Shown in pieces: positions 12,715 through 24,978 of a DNA stretch of 64,000 nucleotides; within the stretch, counting starts at the first letter, position 1; each line of letters opens with the position of its first letter. The notes below the pieces were generated by a model. It did no database searches, was not told the DNA's origin, and saw only the letters and a list, made by a program, of their open reading frames with translations. Source of the DNA: Narcine bancroftii (taxonomy: Eukaryota); NCBI RefSeq assembly GCF_036971445.1, contig NC_091476.1, positions 75,640,001 to 75,704,000 of the forward strand. The letters are read 5' to 3'. A program made the translations under genes and the position numbers.

Positions 12715-13090
12715 TGGAGCGCGGGTCTGCGGAACTTGTGTCTACTGTTCGCGGTCATGTGGAGCTTGAGCCCATGAAGTGTGGGTGCGCACTATCGAAC
12801 ATGAAAGCAGGCCTGTAGAACACTTGCTGCGAAGCACATGTCCGTGGAATGCTGGCCTGTGGAGTGTGGGCCTGGACCGTGAGTCTGTGGAGTGTGGGCT
12901 TGCAGAATGCAGGCCTGAGGAGCACAGGATCTGAGAGCTTGAGCCTCTGGAACGTGGGCCCTTAGAACCTAGGCTCGTGGAGCACGTGTCAAGGGATCGT
13001 GGGCCTGCGGTTCATGGGCTTGTGGACCACGGGCCTGTGTTCAGGCCTGCAGAACGCAGTATGGAAGAACACGGGCCTGTCGAACACAGG
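12715..13090. repeat. Degenerate ~18-bp tandem repeat (gggcctgtggagc)
   Basis: Recurrent gcctgtggagc/aac-like units. Confidence 0.55.
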
Positions 13091-15699
13091 CGTTGATGCT
13101 GGAGGGGAGGAAATTCAGGGATGGTGCAGGGGAAGTGTTCCTGGGCTGATGGTGGGGAATTAGGGAACGGGACAGAGTGACTCAGTCACTGAGGGTCCAG
13201 TAAAGCAGGGATTGCAGGCTCCTGGGCTGAGTTGCGGGCAGGGACCCTGAACATGGGCATCTAGTCCCGAGGGCAAGGCTGCCTCTCCATCCTGTGGGAA
13301 CACCTCTCCCCTGTCCACCGGTGTGTTATACTGACTGTATGTGACTCCAGTCCGTCCTGACGTGGTCCGGGTCCATATGTGACTCCAGTCCATCCTGACC
13401 CAGTCTGGATCAATCACCAAATGCATTCTAAAAAACAGAACACTGACCCCAACATAAACCCCAGCAATTCGGGATGGGCAATTGGTTCACCTGGAATGAC
13501 ACAGTGTATCTAGGAACAAATCACCAGAGGGGGAGGTGGGGAAGAGGGGGAGGTGTGGGGGAACAAAGGAGGCAGGGAAGAGGGAGTGGGGCCCAGCATA
13601 GTGAGTGCCTGCCGTTCCAGCAGAGTGCCTGGAATCCCAGCAGAGTGCCAACTGTCCCAGCAGTGTGTGCCCACCATTCCAGCAGAGTGCCCGTAAACAT
13701 GTGTTGCAGCGCCTACAGCTGAGCCGCAAGGTGAGTGCGAGAAGATGTTAGCGGTGGGAAGGAAGGGTCCAGAGCTGAGTATACAGGGAGAAGGGGGAAA
13801 CTCTCACACTGCCCAAGTGAGGTGCCCCCATCGCTCTCTCTGTCACCAGTCTGTCCACTGTCCTGGAGAACCATCTCAATGACAACCTCCTGCACACCAA
13901 CACCAAACTCCACCTGGATTCCACATGGTACAGTAGGCAGGAGAGGGAGAAGAGGGCTGGGGGTGGTGGGGGGGGGGGGGACAGGTGCGGTGAGGAGGGA
14001 GTGCTGTGGTAGGGGGTAAGGAGGGAGGGGGTGAGGGTGGGGAACACCTCCCCAGGGTGGGTGTCTGCATTCTCCGGTGACAGGAAACTCATTCCGAGTC
14101 CCCAGAGTTCCGTCACTCTCCCTCAGGGCCCGTCCCATCCAACCAGAGTCCCGGGGCAAGAGTGCTGGCCTCACCCCATAATTAGAACATAATGTGGACC
14201 TAGGGAGAGCAAGGAGCAGAGACACAACATTCCTCCACAGTGTCCTCCCACTACCCTCAGCTCCGTACTGGCCTGTAAGGAGCTGACAGAGTCTTGTTTA
14301 ATATCCTGCGACCATGGGGGTTTGGGCCCAAGATGAAGGTGAAAGAGGAGCAGCTGACCGGCGCAGGGCACCAGAAAGTGGGGAGACCACCCCCTCCCTA
14401 CCAGGAGAGGCAGAGGAGATAAACCTCCGGGGCAGTGACCACGGCGGCAGATCATCAAGGGGCTCTGCGGCTGAAGGACAGGCATAGGTCATGGGCTGCT
14501 GGCGAGTCGAGGGCAAAAGACTTCGCAACAGGTTGTGGGCTGGTGGAGACTGGCTGGGGAGAACCAGCTGCTGGAGTCGGGACTCAAAGGCGAGGGTGGG
14601 CTCCTGAGGCACCTCGGGCTCCCTAATGGTGTCGGAGGGTCGGACCTGGAGTCTGGGGGGGACCGATGGATCGAACTGGTCTGGGCGGCTGCAGGGGCCG
14701 TGAGAGGTGAATCCATGGGCACTTGGTCCCTGAAGGGACTCTTTTTTTCTCCTACCGTAAGGGGCCCTGGGTCATTTCTGCCAATGGTGAATCTTTGCCC
14801 GCCTTACGGCAGGCTAAAGCAAATTTTGTGTGATATGACACCATTTTTATTACATGGCAACAAAGGAATCCTGAATCTCGGAAGGACAGCTGTGAGGAGG
14901 CAAGATGACACGGTGGTTAGACACACCCACCCGACACCAGGGTTCAATCCCCACCTCCGGCGCTGTCTGCGCAGAGTTTGCATGCTCCCACTCCGGATTT
15001 CCCTCAGGGGCCTCGGTGTTCCTCCCACATCCCAAAGGTGGTCAGTGGGTTGGTGGGACCAAAGACATGTGCGTGAGGGGTGGATGGTGGGGAGAATGTT
15101 AAGCGTTAATGGTCAGTGCAGATGCGGTGCCCAGAGAGACCGTTCCCTGTTGTCTCTCTCTCTGTAACCTTGAGATGGGTGAATGCAATGCTTTCCGAAG
15201 CCATTTGCACCTGGGGTGGGGATATCCAGATAGCCCAGGAGTCAAGTCAAAGTTTATTGTCATCTGATTGTACGTACAACCCGATGAAACAGCGTTCTCC
15301 AGTCCTTGGTGCAAAACACCCAGACATACACCCAGATATAACACACAGTATACACGCAGGACAAGTATTTCATATATACTTCTAGCAATTAATGGTTCTA
15401 GTGGAATGGAGGATCACAAATGTCGCCAGGATAAAAGGGTGCCATTTAAAACAGAGACATGGAGAAATTCTTTTAGCCAGAGGGTCATGAGTCTGTGGAA
15501 CGTGTTGCTACGGGTGGCCGTTGAGGGGAGGTCGATGGGTGTATTTAAGGTAGAGATTGACAGGGATTTGATTATTCAGGGCATCGAGGGTTACGGGGAG
15601 AAGGCCAGGGAGAGGGGCTGGGTGGGTGGATGGATCGATATGACTCTATGGGGTGATGGGCCAACTTCTGCTCTTATATCTTGTGATAGAAATAAATAA

Positions 15700-16290
15700 A
15701 TATTGTTTCGTGAATATGAGAGTCTCGGAGGGTGAGTGTGAGCAGTTCCTTTGGTCATTCAGTGTTCTCACTGCCCGTGGGAAGAAGCTGATCCTTGGCC
15801 TGGTGGTGCTGGCTCTGATCCTCCTGTATCTTTTCCCCCGACGGGAGCAGCTGAAAAATGCTGTGTGTGGGCGGGAAGGGGTCCTCAGTGATTTTGCACG
15901 CCCTCTTCAGACAACAATCCCAGTCGATCATGTCGATGGGGAGGAGGGAGAGCCCAGTGACCCTCTCTGCCACTCTTGTGGTCCTGTGGATTGACCTCTG
16001 ATCTGTTTCTCTGCAGCCACCATCCCCACACTGCGACGCAGCCGGCCAGGATGCTCTTGATAAGGACTCCTGTAGAAGGTTGACATGATGGTGGCTGGTA
16101 GCCTCGCTGGACTCAGTCTTCTCAGGAAGTACAGTCGCTGTTGCGCCTTCCTGACAAGTGAGGAGATGTTGAGGGTCCACGATAGGTCACTAGTGAACTC
16201 CAAGGAACTTGGTGTGTCCACTCTCTCCACCACAGAGTTGTTGATGTGTAGTGGAGGGTGGTCGTCCCTGGTCCACCTAAAGTCCAAGAG
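15700..16290 (-). mobile_element. Rex/Babar-like LINE fragment
   Basis: DLSWTLNISSLVRKAQQRLYFLRRL; HSIFQLLPSG. Confidence 0.8.
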
Positions 16291-17139
16291 ATTGTGAGTG
16301 TTGAGGGGAAAGTGTGGAGGGTGAAGAATCTTGGTGGAGACGAGACCGGATCTTGAAATAAGCCCAAGCTATAAATTTTGCAAAAGGCATGGCATGTAGT
16401 TCTCAGCTTGGAATGAGACCACAAGCCCACAACCTGAATGAATCTGCAACCAGCAGGTGGCTGGACAGCAAAACATCAAGAGCTGAACTCAGCAGGAAGG
16501 TTTAAAACTTCGAGTGGTCAGAAATTCGGATATTTAATTCGTGCCTTGTGTGCGTGTGAGGCAAAAAAATTCTAATGTAAAACGGAAATCGGGGGGGGGG
16601 AGAGAGGGGGACAGAGGGAGGGAGCAGGTAGGGAGGGGAGAGTGAGGGGAAGAGAGGGACAGGAAGAGAGAGGAAGGGGAAAGAGAGAGGGGACAGAGTT
16701 GGGGGGCAATGGGAAGAGAATGGGGGGAGAGAGGACAGGGGGGAAACAGGGAGGGAGGGGAGAGTGAGAGGGGGACAGAGCCAGGGGTATGGGAAGAGAA
16801 TGGGGGGAGGGGGGGCAGAGAGAGGATAAGAGGGAGAGCGAGGGGGGACAGGGGGAACGGGAAGAGAGAGGAAGGGGGAGAGAGGGAGGGGGAGTGCAAG
16901 AGGGGAAATGGGAAGAGAGAGGGGAGAGTGAGGGGAGGAGAGGGGGACAGAGCAGAGAAGAGGGAGAGAGGAGGAGAGGATGAGACAGAGAAGGGAGGAG
17001 GAGAGGGGGACAGGGAGAGAGATGGGGAGGAGGGGAGAGGCAGAGAGAGGGGGTAAAAGTGGAAGGAGAGGGAGAGAGGGGAAAGAGGATGGGAAGTATA
17101 TGGGATGTGTGATTTGGGGATAGGTACAACAGTGTCCAA

Positions 17140-17990
17140 TCATTGTGAGGGATGGTGTCTGCAAAACATTGAACCAAAAGCCAATACAGAGGATCATCAA
17201 AATGGCCAAGAAGATCATTGGGGTCTCCCTTTCCTCTATTGAGGACAGTCACTGGGAGAGTTGCTTAAATAGGGCTCAAAGATTCATGATGACCTTTTCC
17301 ATCCAGCTCATAAGATCTTTGACCCACAACCATCAGGAAGGAGGTACAGGAGCATCAAAATCAGGACGGCCAGGCTGGTCATCAGCAGAATCACAGACGG
17401 CGTTGAGGAAGCGTTCAGGAGGGAGATGGATCAGCTCGTTGAGTGGTGTCACAACCGCCTTGTATTTAACATCAGCAAAACTTAGATTGATTGTGGACCT
17501 CAGGAAGAGAAAACAAGGAGAACACGACCCAGTCTTCATTGAGGGCTCAGTGTTGGAGAGGGTCAAGAACTTCTACTGTCCTGGAGACTCCATGTTGATG
17601 CAATCACGAAAAAGGCTCATCAGCGGCTATACTTTGTGAGGTGTTTGAGGAGATTCGGTTCAAAAGACTCTCGCAAAGTACAGGTGGATTACGGAGAGCA
17701 TTCTGGCTGGTTGCATCACTGTCTGATATGGAGATGCCAACGCTCAAGACAGGAAATGGCTACAGAGGGTTGTGAACTTGGCCTGCGTCATCACGGCACC
17801 AGTCTCCACTCCAAGAGGCAGTGTCTCAAGAAAACAGCTTCTATCCTCAAGGACCCCCCCACCACCCACTCAGCTCCCATTGGGAAGGAGGTCCAGGAGC
17901 TGAAGACAGCACCCAGCGACACAAGGACAGCATCTTCCCCTCCGCCATCAGATTCCTGAACAGACAATGACCCCCAGGCATGGCCTCACT
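17140..17990 (+). mobile_element. Rex/Babar-like LINE fragments
   Basis: LIVDLRK, VERVKNF, QRLYFVRCLRRF motifs, decayed. Confidence 0.7.
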
Positions 17991-18095
17991 TTCTCTTCTT
18001 TTTCAGATTGATTGTCAGGAGTCCATAGGTGACATCACATACAACCCTGAGATTCTTTTTCCTGCGGACCAGGCAGAATTACCACTTATTGGTAG

Positions 18096-18573
18096 TGTTA
18101 TATATAGAGAATTTAGGTTAAAATGGCTTAAGTTAAAATGTGATGATTAATCATAAAAAGGGAAGCCAGAACGGACAGGGAGCTTACTAGCAGCCAAGGA
18201 CAAAAAGTTCAGCTGGATATGTTTTTTTAAACATATCTTTTCATGGTCATAGTGAGAGACATGCAGGAGACAAAAGATTGATAAGAAGGGTGAGAAACAG
18301 AATTTAGTGTATGTAGAGTTCGCAGCGTACGTAACGAATGTGATAATTAAAAATGCAGTTGTACTTAGAATGCTTTTGAAATACTAACCAATTAAAACAG
18401 TATTAATAAGAAGGGGAAGGGCAAACAATAAGGGTATAAAAATCAATGCACTGTATGTATCGGGGCTTAACTGGTGAGAAGCCAGTTGAGTCCAACTCTG
18501 CAGACTTGTAAATAAAGCTTGTCGTGTCATCAGTTTTAAAGAGACTCATTTGTGAGAAGTTTTATTTCTGACA
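18096..18573 (+). repeat. ERV 5' LTR (478 bp)
   Basis: TGTTA...TGACA; CCAAT 18388, TATAAAA 18435, AATAAA 18511; no difference from the 3' LTR found by eye. Confidence 0.97.
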
Positions 18574-18575
18574 AA

Positions 18576-18593
18576 TGGGGGCTCGTCCGGGAT
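18576..18593 (+). promoter_or_regulatory. Primer binding site, tRNA-Pro
   Basis: TGGGGGCTCGTCCGGGAT, the MLV tRNA-Pro PBS sequence, 2 nt after the LTR. Confidence 0.95.
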
Positions 18594-19123
18594 CTACACT
18601 CCGGCCGTGAGGGGAGGCGAGAAGAGGGACATCGGAGGTGGTGCACCCCGCTGAGTTCAGCGGCTCCTAGTCCCTTGCTCGTCGCTTCGGGCGGCTTGAG
18701 CGAGTGGTATCCGGACAAGGTGACACGACAAGACGGAGAGGAGAAGGGTGACGGTTCAATCCCCGGGAAGACACCGGTAAGTGACGACTTACGATTGTGG
18801 TGTGGGGATTGGGTAACAGGTGTAACGGGATACACCTGTTTGGATAAAAAAAAAACCTAACGTAATAGATCAGGTATAGAGCTTTTGTCGTGGCGTGAGG
18901 ACCCTGTCGTGGGACTCTAGGATAGACCCCAAGGAAACCTCGGCGGTAACCGAAGGAGGGACAGCACCTCCGACGAAGTGCCGAGAAGAGAGGGGTCGAC
19001 CCCAGGGAAACCTCAGCGGTAACCGAAGGAGGGACAGTACCTCCGACGAGGCGTCTGAGAAGAAGGGAGTAGGGTCCAGAACGAGAGGGTCCTCAGCAAC
19101 GATAAACGGATCTAGGTGGGAAA

Positions 19124-20614
19124 ATGGGAGGATCAAAATCTAAGGGCTCGTCTGAAAATTCAGGACAATTCCTGGGAGTTCCCCTTGACAGCCCTTGGGG
19201 GAGAATGTTTGAAAATTGGGATAGTAAAAGATATCGAGACAAAAACAAGAAAAAGATGGTTCAATATTGTCTCCTTTGGTCGAAACAACCTATTAAAGGT
19301 TCCTCGGTCTGGTGGCCGAAATTTGGATCTGATGAGGATTGGGTTAGACAAGCATTAAACATATATGTAAATTCGAGACCAAAGGTGAATCAAGAAGAGT
19401 CAGCATATGCATTTTGTTGGGTTCCCTGGCCAGGATCCTTAACAAAATGTTTTAAATTGAGGGTAGCGGGAGAAAAGAAGGGTGAACCTCTGGACAACCT
19501 TCCCCCTCCTTATATTCCCCCGGTGCCTACTGCGCCCGAGGAAAGCTCATTACCGGAGGGGAAAGGTGATGAATCTGATTGCCCCGAAAGGGGCCGGGAA
19601 AAAAAGAATGAATTAAGGGAGTCGGACCCTAAACTTCCACCGGTAAACCGACCCTAGACAAGATCCCAGACTGGTCCAGGACCATCAAAGTTTTCAGTAA
19701 GCCTAAATCCCCTGAGGGAAGTTCCTATGGGAGGACCGGGAGGGGGAACGGGATATGTGAATGTTCCCCTAACTAGTACAGAGGTGCGGGGATTTAAGAA
19801 AGAAATGAAAAAGTTATTGGAAGATCCTATAGGACTGGCCGAACAGCTCGACCAATTCCTGGGACCAAACACATATACGTGGGAAGAGATGCAGGCAATA
19901 ATGGGAACATTATTCTCACCCCAGGAGAGGCAGATGATTCAACGGGCTGCCCTCCTCATGTGGGAATATGAACAACCTGGGGACCCCAGACCCCATGAAC
20001 AAAAATATCCCTTAAATGAACCCAGGTGGGACAAACGAACACCCGAGGGATTGGCAAGTATGAGACAATATAGAGAGTGGACAATTAAAGGGATACGGGA
20101 GGCTGTGCCAAAGGGTCACAATTTCACCAAGGCATTTGGGAACCACCAGGGGAAAGACGAGTCCCCTACTGATTTCTTGGAGAGGGTGAGAAAGAATGTC
20201 CAACAGTATGCGGGCGTGGACCCTAGTACACCAATGGGTGAACAGCTTATTCGAATTGAACTTGTTTCCAAATCATGGCAGGACATTAGAAAGAAACTAG
20301 AAAAGGAGGAGGACTGGAGCGAAAAACCCCTAAGCGACCTGTTAAAAAAGGCGCAAAAAGTATATGTGCAGAGAGAAGAAGAAGATCAAAAGAGGGCGAC
20401 AAAGGTTATGGTACAGACTATCCGACAGATGAATGCCGAATCCAGAGGGGAAAGAAAACAAAACCTTCCTCTAAACAATCCAAGATATCCAAGAGAGGGA
20501 AGACCCCGGAGGTTCGTTAAGTGCTATTACTGCAATGAGGAAGGACACTTTAAGAGGGAATGCCCCCGATACAAGAGGGAATTGCGTGCCCTCGAACTTA
20601 TGGAAGAAGATTAG
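19124..20614 (+). pseudogene. gag: ERV gag, interrupted by an in-frame TAG at 19655-19657
   Basis: MGGSKS myristoylation start, PPPY late domain (19502-19513), capsid MHR-like QGKDESPTDFLERV, single CCHC knuckle CYYCNEEGHFKREC; ORFs 19124 and 19727 share a frame. Confidence 0.92.
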
Positions 20615-23600
20615 GGGGGTCAGGGGTTCCAAATGTTGGGGACCAAGTATAAGAGGGAACCCCTGGTAAAACTAAAAATTGGTCCCAAGGGAGAAGAGGT
20701 GGTGTTTATGGTGGACACAGGAGCGGAACGAAGTAGTGTAATAACTGTGCCAATCGGGACTGAACCTGTAAAAAGTAATTTGAAAATTTCTGGGATAGAA
20801 GGGGCTCCCAGAATGGTATCAATAATTCCCCAAGTAACAGTGAAACTGGAAGAAAGAGAAGGGGTACAAGACCTCTTGTTGTTACCGTCGGCTGGATTTA
20901 ACCTCCTAGGAAGGGACTTACAGGCTCTCCTAGGTTTGGGTGCTCTCCCTGTGGACGGAGAAGTGCGAGTCCACCTCTGTGCTCTAAAGGAAGAGGATGA
21001 ACGGCAGATTGACGAGAGAGTCTGGTATAAGGAGGGAAATCGAGGAGGTCTGGACATCCCACCTTTACATGTCACATTAATACCAGGTCATCAGCCGGTA
21101 AGGAAACGTCAGTATCCTATTTCTTTGGAAGGGAGAAAAGGGCTACAGCCGGTAATTGAGACTCTAATACGAGACGGACTATTAGAAGAATGCATGTCAC
21201 CTTATAACACCCCTATACTCCCAGTGAAAAAGTCAGATGGATCCTATCGCCTAGTTCAGGATCTAAGAAGTTTGAATGCTATTGTTCAGACCCGCCACCC
21301 AGTGGTGCCTAATCCCTATACTATTATGAGTCGGATTCCCCCAGACCATGAGTGGTTTAGTGTTATCGACTTGAAGGATGCCTTCTGGATGTGTCCATTA
21401 GAAGAGGAAAGTAGAGATATGTTCGCGTTTGAATGGGAAAATCCATGGACAGGTAGACGGAGACAGCTTCGGTGGACTGTATTGCCCCAAGGGTTCACTG
21501 AATCTCCGAACCTGTTTGGACAAATGCTAGAACAAATCCTGGCGGACTATCCACAATCTGATGATTCCCAACTAATGCAGTATGTGGACGATTTACTATT
21601 ATCAGGACCCAAGGAACAAGAAATGAGGGGAGATACAATTAGACTCTTGAATTATCTGGGGAAAAAGGGTCTACGGGTGCCCAGGAACAAGTTACAGTTC
21701 GTTGAGAGAACTGTGGTATATCTGGGACACCAGATAAGTAAAGGACAGAAACGGATTACCCCTGAATGGATTGCGGGAATCACTAGAATGCCGTTACCCC
21801 GTAATAAGAAGGAAATAAGACAATTCCTGGGACTCTTAGGTTACTGTAGGTTATGGATAGAGGACTACTCAGCGTTGGTGAAGTTTATGTATGAAAAGCT
21901 GACAAATGAAAATGAATATCATTGAAATGGACCCAGGAGGAGAAGGGATGGTTTGAGGACTTGAAGCATCGCCTGACACGAGCCCCGGTACTCACTCTGC
22001 CCTCTTTAAAACAGCCCTTCCAGCTATTTGTCACTCATAACCAAGGAACAGCTGTGGGAGTTTTAACACAGGAAAAAGGCGGTCAGCGACACCCAGTGGC
22101 TTTCCTTTCCAAAATGATGGACCCAGTGTCTCGCGGATGGCCGACGTGTATCCAGGGAGTAGCGGCTGCTGCTCTGTTGGTAGAGGAAGCACGTAAACTT
22201 ACTTTTGGAGGAAAGATGACTGTGTACACCTCCCATTCTGTGAGTGTTTTATTAACACAAACTGCCCATCGATGGCTGACTGATTCTCGCATATTAAAGT
22301 ATGAAACCATTTTAATGGTCGGAGAAGATCTACAGTTTGCAAAGATTAATAGCTGCAACCCAGCTCAGTTTTTATACGGCAGTGAAACAGAGAGAGAGGT
22401 GGAGCACGACTGTGTCGAGTTGACGGATCTTCAGACCAAGACCCGAGAAGACCTTTGCGATACTCCTCTGGGAGAAGGATATGAATTCTACATTGACGGC
22501 TCCGCCAGATGTGTTGATGGAATGAGAAGAAGTGGGTATGCTATAATAGAAGGAAATACTTGGAAAGTAGTAGAATCCACGAGACTACCCGGAAGCTGGT
22601 CAGCACAGTCCTGTGAACTATATGCCTTGCAGAGAGCCCTCAGAATACTGGCAGAGAAAACTGGAACGATTTACACTGATTCCAAATACGCATACGGGGT
22701 AGTGCATACCTTTGGTAAGATCTGGAAGGAGCATGGTCTAATTACATCAAGAGGAAAGGAATTGGCACACGAACAGATGATTACTCTGACTTTAGAAGCC
22801 TTGACATTACCCCAGGAAATAGCAGTGGTCTACATACCAGGCCATCAGAGGGGAGATACCCCGACAGCAATTGGAAACAGACTGGCTGATGAAGAAGCCA
22901 AAAGGGCAGCCATGCAACAAGAAGTCCGTTTGCTGACCTTAATCCCAATAAGACAAGGCATAAAGAAGGCTCCCATTTTCACTGCTAAGGAAGAAAAGGA
23001 CATGGCTCAGCTGGGCGCAAGCCAGCTGCCTGATGGAACATGGAAGACACCAGATGGAAGAATGGTTCTAAATAAAGAAATAACTCGCAATATTTTAAAA
23101 CACCTGCATCATCAGAGCCACTGGGGCACCCAAGCCTTATGTGACACAGTGCTTCGAGAATATGTGTGTAAGGGAATCTACACCTTGGCCCAACAGGAGG
23201 TGCAGAATTGTCACCTATGCACAAAAATTAATAAGAAGGTAATGAGGACAGGGACCATGGGAGGTCAACCATTAGCCATACGCCCTTTTCAAAGTATCCA
23301 GATCGACTTCACAGAGTTACCTCAAGTCCAAAGATGGAAGTATCTGTTGGTGGTAATAGATCACTTTACCCGATGGGTGGAAGCCTTCCCAACAGTAAAT
23401 GCTACAGCCTCTACAGTAGCTCGCCTCCTCCTAGAGCAGATAATCCCCAGATATGGTATAATGGATTCTATAGACTCAGACAGGGGTCCACATTTTTGTT
23501 CAAAAATCCAGCAATTGATTTGTAATGCATTACAGGTCTCTTGGAAATTGCATACCCCTTGGCATCCACAAAGCTCAGGGAGGGTTGAACGTATGAATGG

Positions 23601-24141
23601 AACCCTAAAAATGCAATTGACAAAATTAATGGTGGAAACTAAAATGCCTTGGATAAAATGTCTGCCCCTGGCTTTATTGAGAATTCGTACTGCCCCACGA
23701 AAAGATGTAGGGTTGTCCCCTTATGAAATGATGTTTGGGCTTCCCTTCTGGAGTACAGTTGAGGGGTGTCCCACCTTGGGGGAAGGGGATATATTTGTTA
23801 GGAACTATTTACAGGCACTGTCACGCTCTCTTACAGATTTACGAAAGAGAGGACTATTGGCACAAACACCGCCTCTAGACTTTTCTTTACACAAAGTGGA
23901 ACCAGGAGACTGGATTCTCATCAAGACCTGGAAAACTGAAAAACTCCAGCCCCAGTGGGAAGGTCCATACCAAGTTCTCTTAACTACAGAGGCTGCAGCA
24001 CGAACAAGAGAGAAGGGGTGGACACACGCATCCAGATTTAAGGGACCTGTAGAGGCGCCTCAGGACCCTGATACTAACTCAGATTGGACTTGTGTTCCTG
24101 GAGAAAAACCTCTTACCTTGCAATTTCACAGAAAGACTTGA
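20615..24141 (+). pseudogene. pol: ERV pro-pol (protease, RT, RNase H, integrase) with one frameshift at ~21922
   Basis: In frame with gag past TAG; DTGA protease, LPQGF and YVDD RT, DGSA/TDSKY RNase H, HHCC, D-D-E (QIDF, DSDRG, VERMN) and GPY integrase motifs. Confidence 0.95.
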
Positions 24142-24147
24142 TTCACA

Positions 24148-24418
24148 ATGTTATTGTTATGTTCTTTGATTTTTCTTAGTTTGCCTATGTCTTTATCAGG
24201 TGTGAAATGTAAGAAATGCAGAGACACAGTGGTTGGGGAAGAAAGGAGGGTAATTTGGGGAAGAAAGGAGGGTAATTTTATTCCTCCTACTTGTTTTGCC
24301 CTGTATTATTCCCTGTCTACGCAGCCTGGTGATTTCCATGGTCCAACAGACTATGCAACCAGGGGAACTGGGAGACCCCATTAGAATTTTACTTCAGCAC
24401 GAAATTAATTTATCATGA
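24148..24418 (+). pseudogene. env: Internally deleted env (signal peptide joined to TM/cytoplasmic tail)
   Basis: MLLLCSLIFLSLPMSLSG signal peptide; the +1 frame from 24278 reads LFLLLVLPCIIPCLRSLVISMVQQTMQ...EINLS*, an Env-like TM tail. Confidence 0.85.
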
Positions 24419-24476
24419 GACGTTTCTCTTCCCCTAGTTAAAATCCCCATTCATATATATATAATACACACATTTT

Positions 24477-24495
24477 AAAGAGAGAAAGGGGTGGA
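24477..24495 (+). promoter_or_regulatory. Polypurine tract
   Basis: AAAGAGAGAAAGGGGTGGA just before the 3' LTR. Confidence 0.9.
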
Positions 24496-24496
24496 T

Positions 24497-24974
24497 TGTT
24501 ATATATAGAGAATTTAGGTTAAAATGGCTTAAGTTAAAATGTGATGATTAATCATAAAAAGGGAAGCCAGAACGGACAGGGAGCTTACTAGCAGCCAAGG
24601 ACAAAAAGTTCAGCTGGATATGTTTTTTTAAACATATCTTTTCATGGTCATAGTGAGAGACATGCAGGAGACAAAAGATTGATAAGAAGGGTGAGAAACA
24701 GAATTTAGTGTATGTAGAGTTCGCAGCGTACGTAACGAATGTGATAATTAAAAATGCAGTTGTACTTAGAATGCTTTTGAAATACTAACCAATTAAAACA
24801 GTATTAATAAGAAGGGGAAGGGCAAACAATAAGGGTATAAAAATCAATGCACTGTATGTATCGGGGCTTAACTGGTGAGAAGCCAGTTGAGTCCAACTCT
24901 GCAGACTTGTAAATAAAGCTTGTCGTGTCATCAGTTTTAAAGAGACTCATTTGTGAGAAGTTTTATTTCTGACA
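24497..24974 (+). repeat. ERV 3' LTR (478 bp)
   Basis: Direct repeat of 18096-18573. Confidence 0.97.
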
Positions 24975-24978
24975 GTAG

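Larger units (their letters stand above)
18096..24974 (+). mobile_element. Class I (gamma/epsilon-like) endogenous retrovirus with both LTRs, defective
   Basis: TG...CA LTRs 18096-18573 and 24497-24974, TSD GTAG (18092-18095 / 24975-24978), PBS, gag-pro-pol, env remnant, PPT; inserted into a Rex/Babar 3' end. Confidence 0.97.

Noticed and set aside
13621-14340. Possible nested plus-strand exons (13621-13730, 13850-13927, ~14261-14338)
   Set aside because: Splice-like sites exist, but the first two phases are incompatible and no protein family is recognisable.
21905-21930. Programmed ribosomal frameshift in pol
   Set aside because: No XXXYYYZ slippery site, and it falls inside the RT connection region; better explained as an indel.
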